Shown piece by piece: positions 40,031 to 52,127 of a stretch of DNA of 64,000 nt. How positions within the stretch are numbered: position 1 is the stretch's first letter; each line of letters opens with the position of its first letter. A program made the position numbers and the translations under genes. A model generated the notes under the pieces. The model was not told the origin of the DNA. It saw only the letters and a program-made list of their open reading frames with translations, and made no database searches. Origin of the DNA: Octopus vulgaris (taxonomy: Eukaryota); NCBI GenBank assembly GCA_951406725.2, contig OX597831.1:51212001-51276000 (forward strand). The letters run 5' to 3'.

Positions 40031-40752
40031 TAAGAAAATGGAAAAAAACATAGATTAACCAATACATCGATAGGACCACATTTAAAGCTTGTTTATTAAT
40101 ACAAACAAGACAAAGCTTACAGCTGTTTCTGATCAAAATTCTCAGAATGCAGTCTATACATAAATGTGAGAATAAATTCTTTGTCTTCATAGGGCATTCG
40201 AGTTTAGTAACCCATGTCAAATTTTTTAAATGTTACTCCAAGTTTACTCCATTTAACATTGGTTTCACCTTCAAGAATTCTATTAATATCCTATTTACAC
40301 AGAGCTTCTTGTTACCTTCTTCCTTTAATACCATGACCCCACTATAAAAAAAAATTGCACCCTCCCGTTAATAAATTGCAATATTCCCGAGTTCTTTAAT
40401 AGCTCATTCTATCATCTACGTTCTTTGAGCTCAGATAGTAAATAATTATGTGCACTTAACATACTGGGCTTTTAGACTATTTGTCTAAACCTTGTTTTCT
40501 TACCTCTTCCTTCTACCTTTTGTTTATATTGTATGCTCTTGTTTTTCACTCTGATGAAGATCGGTTGCCTTAACTTGAATGCTCTATGAAAATGAAGAAT
40601 TTTATTCTCGCATATATGCATAGACTGCATTCTCAGAATTTTGATCAGAAACAGCTGTAAGCTTTGTTATGTCTTGCTTTGTATTAATAAACAAGCTTTA
40701 GATGTGGTCCTATCAATGTATTGGTTAATCTATATTTTTCTCCATTTTCTAA
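40031..40752 (+). mobile_element. Penelope-like element 3' fragment with inverted pLTR and hammerhead-like motif (40551-40660)
   Basis: 40031-40217 is the reverse complement of about 40560-40750; CTGATGA-A-GATC...(about 80-nt hairpin)...GATC-A-GAA-ACAGCTGT-A. Confidence 0.65.
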
Positions 40753-41039
40753 TTATTTATATATATATATATATATAATAAAAAGGGTAAATAATTTTTC
40801 CGTGGTTTTTTAGACAACCAACAATTATTTACCGATAAATTTCGGTATGTAAATATGACTTTTAGCATCAGGAACTTCTGTAGAGTTCAGTGTATATAGT
40901 AAATATAATTAAAAGGGCAGGCAACAGGTTGCCCTTTTAATTATATATATATATAGATAGATATATATTCAGTATACAAAATTAAGTCAATATTAAATTA
41001 AAATGGCCATCTGTGTATCACAATATATATATATACTCA

Positions 41040-41400
41040 CACACATACTGTTGATAGGCCAGTTGCTATGGCATTCATCCTGAAATTATACCTCTTATGG
41101 ACATGTTGTGTTAAAACTACAATAAATATTGGAAGAAGATGAAAAATCACCCTGGCAGTGACCAACCAGAATGTCAGATGAATTTTTAACTTTTCAGGCC
41201 TTTCCAATGACATGTATTCACAGTCAGCCACAGGCTTGAATGAGAATTTGTCACCATCAATATAGGAAGCAGTAAATAAAACATTAACTGATGTTGCAAA
41301 TAGCCACCTAACTGAATAAAATCCACGGTATGCAATTGAGGCAGTATTAAATAAAAATCCTGTATTCATTCTGAGATAACATCTTATGGAGTATGCTATT
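41040..41400 (-). pseudogene. Candidate GPCR pseudogene fragment (TM2 to TM4)
   Basis: YLLLPILMVTNSHSSLWLTV, frameshift, then MSLER-PEKLKIHLTFWLVTARVIFHLLPIFIVVL; resembles the TM3 SxWLTVxxxxER motif followed by ICL2/TM4. Confidence 0.45.
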
Positions 41401-41899
41401 TTAAAAACAATAAATATCAGAGGGTCACCATAGTAACTGGACTATCAATTGTGCATATAGACTAAGTGTGATACATATATATATATATATATATATATGT
41501 GCATGCACACACACACACACAGAATATATTGTTAGTAACAAAAATTAAAAGTGCCATGCCATGAGGTAAATGTCCTGCTATTTCCAAGTAATTTGGATTA
41601 TAGTTATTGCCTCAGTTATCCCCAATGTTGTTCAGAAAAAGTAGCTTCATAAAGACCGGAGCGAGAATGAAAAATACCTAATTTGAAAACAAAGGTTATA
41701 ATAGACTAAATTATTTCTGATGGAAGGGGTGGTAACTCAGTATGGAACAATTTGCATCCCTTAGATTGTCAATTGAATTAAATCTATTTATTTTAAATCT
41801 TTTAAATGAGAGGGATGCACTACAACTCATCAGAAAAAGTAGCCAAAAGTGCATGAACAGTACACAGAATATGCACAGAAAATGTACAGTGAAAGTCAT

Positions 41900-42213
41900 T
41901 TTTTTTAAAAAAAAGGTGAGAGGGGTGCATCAGGTGTTGGGTTGGCGAATTTCAGGAAGCATGGAAGTTTTGAAGGATATAGTGTCTCAAAAGCAAACAA
42001 GCAATGAAGGTAGCTCATTCTGAGTGTGAAAAAACATTTCCAAAAGACATGGGTGTTGTGTTGTTTTTTGATTTTGTAAGCATGTCCACAAGTGTTACAC
42101 ATATGAAATTCAAAAAGATCTATGAAGTCAGTTGCCAGACGTTGGAGCTTTAATGTATCCATGCCTAGGCATGCAAGATGTTCAGTGTATGGTAGATGCC
42201 TGATGGTGAGCAT
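41900..42213 (-). mobile_element. CR1-group LINE 3' fragment
   Basis: LPYTEHLACLGMDTLKLQRLATD...TCGHAYKIKKQ...FFTLR resembles the CR1 RT C-terminus. Confidence 0.7.
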
Positions 42214-42339
42214 AAGTACCAGGTTTTAAAAGATAAATACTAGGGTCAATTCATTTGACTACCAAAAAGAAAACCTTCAAAGCAGTGCCCCAGCATGGCC
42301 TCATCTAATGACAAACAATTAGAAAATAAAGATACTTAC

Positions 42340-42447
42340 GCTTTAATCCTTTCCGGAAAATCTTTTCTATAATGTCACATAAAGTTTGGAGTTTTTCGTT
42401 CTTGTCATTGACAGCAACTTCAGACAAACGGAATTCCAAGATCAATG
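42340..42447 (-). CDS. RUN-PDZ gene exon 2 (LILEFRLSEVAVNDKNEKLQTLCDIIEKIFRKGLK)
   Basis: Acceptor ctctttatcttag|CA, donor AGC|gtaagt, 108 nt, first RUN block. Confidence 0.93.
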
Positions 42448-42560
42448 CTAAGATAAAGAGAATATTAAGAATATTATCTCAAGTTAATGTATTTCATGCA
42501 AACATATCTGGAAACTATTAACCTCATCTATTCACAATTCCTAACCTTTTAGCATTCAGA

Positions 42561-42579
42561 TGAATATACATATATATAC

Positions 42580-42613
<34 letters not shown>

Positions 42614-42662
42614 GCATATATATATATGCATATATATATATATATATATGCATATATATATA

Positions 42663-42734
<72 letters not shown>

Positions 42735-42959
42735 TATATATATATATGTATATATATATATACATACATATATATATGCATATATACATATATATATATA
42801 TGCATATATACATATATATATATATGCATATATACATATATATATATATATGCATATATACATATATCTCTATATATATATGCATATATACATATATACA
42901 TACATATGCATATATACATATATATATATAAATATATACATACATATATATATGCATAT

Positions 42960-42990
<31 letters not shown>

Positions 42991-43320
42991 TACATACATA
43001 TATATATGTATATACATATATACATATATATATATATATACATACATATATATATGCATATATACATATATACATACATATATATATGCATATATACATA
43101 CATATATAAATATATACATATATATACTTATATAAAGACATATATATATATATATATACATACATAAATATATACATATATATACTTATATAAAAACATA
43201 TATATATACATACATACATATATATATACTTCTATATATACAAACATATATATATACATACATATATATACTTCTATATATCCATATATATATGTGTGTG
43301 TGTAGATATATGTGTGCATG
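42561..43320. repeat. Compound (TA)n/(TACA)/(TGCA) microsatellite of about 760 bp
   Basis: Visible directly; it generates the many YI/IH-repeat pseudo-ORFs. Confidence 0.97.
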
Positions 43321-44599
43321 TTTGAGTGTCCTCTTTGAAGATCAAAAAGGAAAAAGGGTAACTGTGGACAACTGCTTCAATATCCAGATGATATATTTAC
43401 ATCTATACCAATAATATAATTGGTACAGTTGATTTTGTGAGTAAAGGCCAAAGTAACAATCTGGATAGGATAGTGTTTCCAGAAAAAGAAATCAACCAAC
43501 TTATCACACACATTACAAATATAATTTGTAAGTGGAACAATAAAAATATTGAAGACTGTTCTCAAGTTCAAAATTTGACATTGTTGTTGTTATCTACATT
43601 CCCCTGATGGAGCTTTGTGTCTTCGTCAGAAAACAGTTCCTTCTTTACAGGAAGACTTCAAATAATTGAAAACAGAGGAGAATGCACACACACACACACA
43701 CACACACTCACACACACATGCACACTGAACTCTATAATTGTGAATAAAATTCATTCAATGTAGCTTAAATAAGCTGAGCAACAGATGTGTGTATCATGTC
43801 TGAAGTAAATTCTAAGCTCTCTTTCATGAACATAATCATTTAAACATTGCTACACTAAGCTACACACAAAAAATGTAATATATAGGAATATAGAAGCAAA
43901 TAAATGCTGGTTTATATTGTGGAAAACTAATCAATAAATATAACAATATTTTTTCCTTCTAGAACAAATAAACACCTATAAATATATATATAGTAGACTA
44001 CCAATGACCCACTAGGTCACCAGGAAACTTTGAGTTTCCCAGCAACAGCTTTGTTTCATGGGTTGGAAAGATCTGGCTGCTATTTCTGGCATGCCCTGCT
44101 ACCACATAACAGGTATTTCAGGTCCTTTATCGCAAATAGTTGTTACGTGGTAGCAAAGCGTGATAGAAGTAGAATCCAAATCTTTGGAGGGGAGATACAT
44201 TAAATGCACTCGAAAAAAAACTATTTCTCATTGAGCTTATGAATGGGACTTTTATGAAATATCTACCATATTTTTAAAGTCATTTTCACTTCAGAATATT
44301 TTTTAAATATGACAAAAACATTTTTTTGTAATGTATTCATTTGAAAATAATTTTAAAAAACATTAAAACATTGTTTAAAGAAAGCTAAAATATACATACT
44401 GTACAGACAGTTTACATTTTTGAAATGACATTCATTTAAAAATATTTGTAAATGATTAAAATATTGTCTTTAACAAAAACAAAAATAGAAATTGTAAAAA
44501 AAAAGTTGGTTTTTTTTTTTTTTGTCATTGTCAACTCATTGTCTGATAGAAAGATAAGAATTTCTTCCCTTTCAGGATGAAGATTATTTTCAGAACATT

Positions 44600-46440
44600 T
44601 TTCCATTATGCACCATTTGGGGTATTTATACCCTGAAATTCTCTAATAGCTTGAAAACTACTTTTTACCGATTTACACAAAACTTGTTTCATTTGATTCA
44701 TATTAACATTTCAGAGTAAACTTACTTCATGATATTTTACCAATAATACCAATATGATGTATTATTTCATATATTATACAATATTTTGCCCATGATCTGG
44801 TGGCAAAGTGACAATGAAACAATTATAGTATTATGCAATAAAACATATTGCTCAATCCATTCTCTTTTTGTTAATATTTTTAAATATATTCTACAGATAT
44901 TCATGGATTTCCAGATGCATCTTCAGAAATACAATCCGTTTTCACTGTAAAATCATATCTGATAGCTAAAACCCATAGACAGGCTTTCTAAAGCAAACTA
45001 CAAGGTTAATAGCCAAATTGAATTGATACATTACACAATCCAAAAGGTATTTTGTTGTCAGGACATTTTTTAACTGATTTCAAGGTTTTTTTTTATCTGC
45101 TGAATCCAAAAATGGTATCCATTTTTTATCATCGTGTCTAGATTTCAAAATACCCCAACCCACCAATGACTAGTGGGTGGTATACATGGACTTTAGGGCG
45201 GCGAGCTGGCAGAAACGTTAGCACGCCGGGCGAAATGCTTAGCAGTATTTCGTCTGCGTTACGTTGTGAGTTCGAATTCCGCCGAGGTCGACTTTGCCTT
45301 TCATCCTTTCGGGGTCGATAAATCAAGTACCAGTTACGCACTGGGGTCGATGTAATCGACTTAATACCTATGTCTGTCCTTGTTTGTCCCCTCTGTGTTT
45401 AGCCCCTTGTGGGTAATAAAGAAATAGGTATACATGGTCAATTTTCTCTTGAGGCAACAAAGTGGATACACCAAATATCCAATGTATGTGGAATAGCAGA
45501 GCCATGGAAAAACATTGGGTGATCAAAGAAGGGTTGTAGTGAACATTAGTTTCTAAGTCTTTTAATGTGGTTGAAGAGCCAGGAACAATCATCGTACCTC
45601 TACTCTATATCAAACTTGGCATTATGAACTAGTTTGTTAAAGCTCTGGATAAAGAGCTTTAACATGTTTTCACTACATCTGCAGCACATTTCCCAGTCTG
45701 AACAAGGAAAAGATAAAAGCTGGAGTATTTGATGGCCTCAAACCAGAAAACTGATGAAAGATGGGAACTTTGTAAAATTCAGTGAATTGCATTTAAACAT
45801 TAACATGGAATTCATTTGTAACAGTTGCAAATGACTTTCTGGGTAACAAGCAAGTAATTAACAATGCCAAAAATAGCCAGTAACATGCTGGAAAACTTTC
45901 AAAAGTTAGGAGCAAATTTGCACTATATCCACAGTCACCTTGATAAATAACCTGAAAATCTTAGTAACACAAGTGACAAACAGGGCAAACATTTCCATCA
46001 GGACATAAAATCAAAGGAACAAAGGTATCAAGGTCGATAGGACTTGCATATGATGGTGGACTACTGCTAGAACTTGGCTCATGATCTTTCTGAGGTTTAG
46101 CACTCAAGAAAATTATCTAAATTCAAAATCCTGGGAAATTAGGCATAAACAATGATGTAATCTGTCTGTAGAAATTTTAAGATTTTTACTAGCTTTTTAC
46201 TAGAATTTTTAAAAAAACAATCTGATTTTGAAGAAAAACTAATTTCTATGTATGTTAGTATGTTCCACCTTGTTCCTCATAAGCTGTTTTATTGAAAAAA
46301 CAATGAAATACTATGAATCCATTATCTTAAAATCTTGACATGATGGTAATAAATGGATGTCATTTTCCAACTGTGTGTCAAAAAAACCCTACCTCAGGTC
46401 AAAATTGTTTCACAAAAAAAATTTTTTTGTTGGCATGAGT
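44600..46440 (+). mobile_element. Decayed Chapaev3-like (CMC superfamily) DNA transposon
   Basis: IVPLLYIKLGIMN*FVKALD, KIKAGVFDG and SDKQGKHFHQDIKSKEQRYQGR*..MMVDYC motifs at 45590-46070; boundaries approximate. Confidence 0.7.
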
Positions 46441-47799
46441 GTGTGTACATGTGTGTATATTAGTGTAAGTGTATATTTATACATATACAAATGTATGTAT
46501 AACATACATATATATGTAATGATATACAAAATATGTAATTCTTTTACTTGTTTCATTCATTTGATTGTGGTCATGCTGGAGCACCGCCTTTAGTCAAACA
46601 AATCAATCCCAAGACTTACTGAGCACTAGTAAGCCTAGTACTTATTCTATTGCTTACTTTTGCCAAACCGCTAAGTTACAGGGACGTAAACACACCAACA
46701 TTAGTGGGGGGACAAACACAGACACAAATGCATATATATATATATACACATACATGATGGACTTCTTTCAGTTTCTGTCTATCAAATCCACTCACAAGAC
46801 TTTGATCTGCCTGAGGCTATAGTAGAAGACACCCAATGTGCCATGCAGTGGGACTGAACCCGGAACCATGTGGTTGGGAAGCAAGTTTCTTACCAAAAAA
46901 TGTATAATATATATCTATAACAAATATGTGTGTTTATGTGAGAGACAGAGACAGCCGAAGAATACGAATCTCAGAAGATGCTCAGATAAGAAGTTTTGTC
47001 TTTTCAACCTTGTTCATCTACTCTTCTATTTCTGCACAGATCATAAACCCCTTATTAGTTCTTTTCATTATTCTGTCTATTTCGTTACCATGTCAACATG
47101 TAAATATAGTTTCAATAGTTTCATCTTCCTTGTTGTTGCCTTAAGATAACCTTAGTTCACGCATTTCCTTAACCGCAACATATTCATTCATTCATCTATT
47201 AAAGTTTATCACACAGTCACTTATTTCTCTAATTTTGTCTTAGATTGGCTGACCGAAATCTCTCAGATTTTTCAATTCTATTTTACTATTATCAACATTT
47301 GCTGTCTCATTAAGTTGTGCTACACAAATCCCAAAAGAATATTTTTCTCCCTTGTGTTATGACCACTACCCACACTCTTTCTCTCTGCCTCACCCTGTCT
47401 ATCTTTGTCTCTCTCTCTCTCTCTCTCCCTTTCGATTACCACTCGCTTCACCAAGACTTCCTCCACCATCACCACCCTATATAAACTAGTGCATGCACTT
47501 GGATTCTCCTACTTGATTTTTTTTTTACCTCTGCCAAAGGAATATGTATCCAGAAGATGCTCTCGTCTAAATTTGCTAGTTCACAGTATGCCCGCTCTCC
47601 CACCCCTCCACCTGTGCTGGAAGTTACTATCCTCTGTCATCCTTTGGTTGTCTCCCATGAACACTTCTAAAGGCTTTACGCCATCCCCACCCCAACTTCG
47701 AGTTTATCTCCTATGTAAGGTGGTGATCATATAATGCAAAAATATGATAGTGTAGTGTATGCAGGTTGAATTGAAGGCTATTGTTTGTTTATGAATTCT

Positions 47800-50700
47800 G
47801 CCAAATGCAAGCTTTCTTTTCTGGTACATGACGCTGCTGTCCCCTGTCTCAGGGTCTCACGGGCCCATACCTGCCACACCCTCAGGGTTGGCACACTGAA
47901 AGAGGTCTGGTGAGATTGTTGAGATGCTTGAACAGAGATGTGTTGATATGTGCTGCCTCCAAGAAGTAAGGTGGAGAGGAAGTTCCACTAGGTTCCTCAC
48001 AGGCAAAGGACACAGGTAGAAGATTTTCTGGGCAGGGAACACTGATGGGGTTAGGAGCGTGAGTATACTTCTTGTGGAGAAATGAGTGGATAAGGTAATC
48101 GAGGTAGTCAGAGTATGCGACAGAATACTTAAGATTACATTAGTGCTTCATCATGGGTTAGTAACCATTATCTCGGCCTACGCCCCTCAGCCAGGACTAC
48201 CTGATGGACAGAAAGACCAATTCTATGACACCCTCTTGCAGACTATCTCATTGACGAATGACAGGGACCTACTCTTTCTGGTTAGTGACTTCAATGGATG
48301 TGTTGGACAACATACAGGGGCTTCCATGGCGTACATGGAGGCTACGGTTTTGGTTCCCACAATGAGGAGGGAACCAGGCTGCTGGACTTCTGTGATGCAA
48401 ATGACATGGTTTGCAATACTAACTTCAGGAAACCTGCCAGTCACCTAGTCACCTACCATTCTGGCAGACACACTAGCCAAAGTAACTACATCCCTGTAGA
48501 AAAAGGGAAAGACGGCTGCTTATAAATGCCAAAACCTTCCCAGATGAAGAATGTACCCCACAACATAGACTGGTAGTTAGTGACTTCAGGATCAGGGCTA
48601 AGTGGATGCCCAGAAGATGACCAGCATGGAGGAGAAGGGTCTGGAAGCTTAAAGATCCTGCAAATGGACAGAGATTTAGAGACATATTACTCAAAGCCTT
48701 TGACAAAATAGAAGGGGATATAGCTTCACACAATGTAGAAGACAACTGGAGATTTCTACGGGACAACCTGCTGACGGCCACTAAGAAAGGTTGCTCAATA
48801 AAGAAAATGAAGGGAGAAAGAGAGTCTGTCAAATATCAACCCAACAGAGGGACCAGCTATCTGAGTTGACAGTACCTTGGTAGATAAAGCAATTAAGAGT
48901 ATGAAGACAGGAAAATCCTCCGACTCATCAGGAATTACTGCAGAGATGCTAAAAATATCTGGCAGCGTCGGCTATAGCTTAGTCACCCATATAGTTAACC
49001 AGGTGATACACGAAGGAATCATACCCAATTACTGGTGTAGCAGCACCATAGTCAACTCCTACCAAGGTAAAGGTGATGCTTCAGAGAAAAATAATTACAG
49101 AGGTATCAAGTTGTTGGATCAGGTAATGAAGGTCACGGAGAGGGTCATAGCCCAACTAATTAGGGAGAGAGTCAGTTTAGATGAGATGCAGTTTGTGTTC
49201 ATGCCAAGGAAAAGCACCACTGATGCTATATTTCTGGTAAGACAGCTGCAGGAGAAATACCTAGCCAAAGATAAACCTCTGCACCTGGCTTTCATTGACA
49301 TGGAGAAAACCTTTGACAGGGTCCCCCAATCCCTTATCTGGTGGTCAATAAGGAAACTAGGGATAGATGAATGGTTAGTGAGAGCTGTGCAAGCCATGTA
49401 CAGGGACGCTGTCAGTAAGGTGAGGGTTGGCAATGAGTAAAGTGAAGAATTCAGAGTAGAGGTAGGGATCCACCAAGGTTCAGTCCTCAGCCTCCTCCTA
49501 TTTATCATAGTCCTCCAAGCAATAACAGAGGAATTCAAGACAGGATGCCCCTGGGAGCTCCTCTATGCTGATGACCTTGCTCTAATTGCAGAGTCACTAT
49601 CAGAACTAGAGAAGTTTCAGGTGTTGAAACAAGGATTAGAATCAAAGGGCCTTAGAGTCAACATAGTATGAAGGCAGACAAACCACAAATCTCTTCAGTA
49701 GATGGCCCTGTAGAAAAAGTGTAGGTAGAAACTCTATAAGATGTACCCAGTGTAAGCTATGGACACATAAGAGGTGCAGCAATATCATAGGAAGGCTAAC
49801 TGGGAAGATAGTTTTTGTAGGAGCAATAAATACTGAAAATGTGCAGAGAACAACTTCCACCACATTCCAGGGAGAAAAACTAGAAGTAGTTGATAGCTTC
49901 TGTTACCTAGGTGACCAAGTCAGTAGCAGAGGAGGGTGCACTGAAAGTGTAGCTGCTAGAATAAGAATAGCCTGGGCAAAGTTCAGAGAGCTCTTACCTC
50001 TGCTGGTGACAAAGGGCCTCTTGCTCAGAGTAAAAGGTAGACTGTCTGATGCATGTGTACAAACAGCCATGCTACATGGCAGTGAAACATGGGCCATGAC
50101 TGCTGAGGACATGCATAAGCTTGCAAGGAATGAAGTCAGTATGCTACGATGGATGTGTAATGTCAGTGTGCATACTCAACAGAGTGTAAATATCTTGAGA
50201 GAAAAGTTGGACCTAAGAAGCATCAGATGTAGTGTGCAAGAGAGACAACTGCACTGGTATGGTCATGTGGCGAGAATGGATGAGGATAGCTGTGTGAAAA
50301 TGTGCTACACCCTAGGTTGAGGGAACCTGCGGGAGAGGTAGACCCAGGAAGACCTGGGATGAAGTGGTGAAGCATGACCTTCGAACTTTAGGCCTCACCA
50401 AGGAAATGACTAATGACCGAGACCTTTGGAAATGTGCTGTGCTTGAGAAGACTTGGCAAGCCAAGTGAGACCATAACCCGTGGCCTATGCCAGGGGTGTA
50501 ACCAGCCCACTTATGCATACCTTTCCTTCATTGGACACTGAACTCTGCTTGCGAAGACCTGTTGAGGTAAGTGAAATCGAAATCGAAATCAAATTCGATG
50601 ACTGGCATCCGTGCTAGTGGAGCGCTAAGAGCACCATCCGAGCATGATTGTTGCTGGAGCAGCTGACTGGCCTCCATGCCAGTAGCACGTAAAAAGCACC

Positions 50701-51060
50701 ATTCGAGCGTGATCGTTACCAGAGTCACCTTACTGACACTTATGCTGGTGACACATGAAAAAACATTTGAGTGAGGTCGTTACCAGTACCGCTGGACTGG
50801 CTCCTGTGCAGGTGGTACGTAAAATACACCATTTTGAGCGTGGCAATTGCCAGTACTGACTGACTGGCCCTCTTGCCGGTGGCATGTAAAAGCACCCACT
50901 ACATTCTCTGAGTGGTTAGCATTAGGAAGGGCATCCAACTGTAGAAACTCTGCCAGATCAGATTGGAGCCTGGTGCAGCCATCTGGTTTGCCAGTCCTCA
51001 GTCAAATCATCCAACCCATGCTAGCATGGAAAGCTGACGTTAAACAATGATGATGATGAT
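47800..51060 (+). mobile_element. Near full-length decayed RTE-clade LINE (APE endonuclease + RT + long repetitive 3'UTR)
   Basis: APE: LQEVRW, SAYAPQ, SDFNG. RT: NYRGIKLL, FIDMEKTFDRV, HQGSVLS, LLYADDL, YLG. (GAT)n tail; stops, frameshifts and internal deletions. Confidence 0.95.
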
Positions 51061-51882
51061 ATGAATGCAAATCAACAGAACATATGTAGTATAAACAAAC
51101 ATATAAAAATATATCCTTTCATAATCGATAGACTAGGAGTTTAGTATTTATATCTGCAGTATTTAGCAGATGTAAGACAACTGTCCTCAAATGAGACAGT
51201 CATTAGTCTACTACCAATAACAATCAAAGAAATTTCTCATACATATTTCTGATAATTCTGTAAAAACTACAATAATAAAACATTAAATGTTTTTCCTGAA
51301 ATTATAATACAAAGAATGAACTTAAAGCTTTAGACATTTCTAACTGACATTTATTATTAACACTGACATTATCAATGTCAGTGTGTCCTTATTTTCATTT
51401 ATACTACATTCCTCACAATAAAAGTGTTAATTGCTCTTCCCCTTCTCCTCCAGTTATAACTTCATATACAAAAAGCAATTATTTTCCCTGACAGTTATAT
51501 GAAGCATTCCTTCTGATAAGTGTGTACACAGCTACAAGACACTCTAACACAGTTATTTTTAGAAACACTGGGGTTTTGCAAGTTAAGGAGTCATTTTATA
51601 AAATTTAATAAAATAAAAAAAAGTAGTTTATAAAACTGGTATCCACCATTTTCAAAATAAGTAATATGTTCTCATTTTTTATGAAAGAGAATTTATTCTC
51701 TCTCTCTAACACAATCTTTATTTAATGCAATGTCTTATTATATTGGGCTGGTGGGTATTGTCCCTTAAGTATAGGTATGGGTTATGTGGTTTCAGGTTCA
51801 GTCCCACTGTGCAGCACCTTGGACAAGTTCTTTCTACTATAGCCTCAAGCCAACCAAAGCCTTGTGAGAGGATTTGGTAGAT

Positions 51883-52127
51883 CAGTGATTTTCAACAAGG
51901 GTCCATATGGTCCTTGGAAGGGGGTTCATATAAGATTTTGTTGTTAAAATTTATGCACAATAAATAGTTTATACTTATACAATACACAAAATATTTTAAC
52001 AATTTTAAAAAATATTTAATCATAAAAATATAATAGGATTTTTTAAACATTGCATGGCTATGAGGGCCTACCCAAGTAAAACAGGAATGAATGGGGTTCA
52101 TAGATAAAAAATGGTTGAGAACCACTG
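51883..52127. mobile_element. hAT-type MITE inserted in a SINE B
   Basis: CAGTG.TT.TCAAC TIRs; 8-bp TSD TGGTAGAT/TGGTTGAT. Confidence 0.85.

Noticed and set aside
42524-43319. Long YI/IH/MY-rich ORFs on both strands (also at 2701-3174, 5481-6184, 17987-18390, 23315-23497)
   Set aside because: Translations of (TA)n/(CA)n microsatellites; no splice or domain support.
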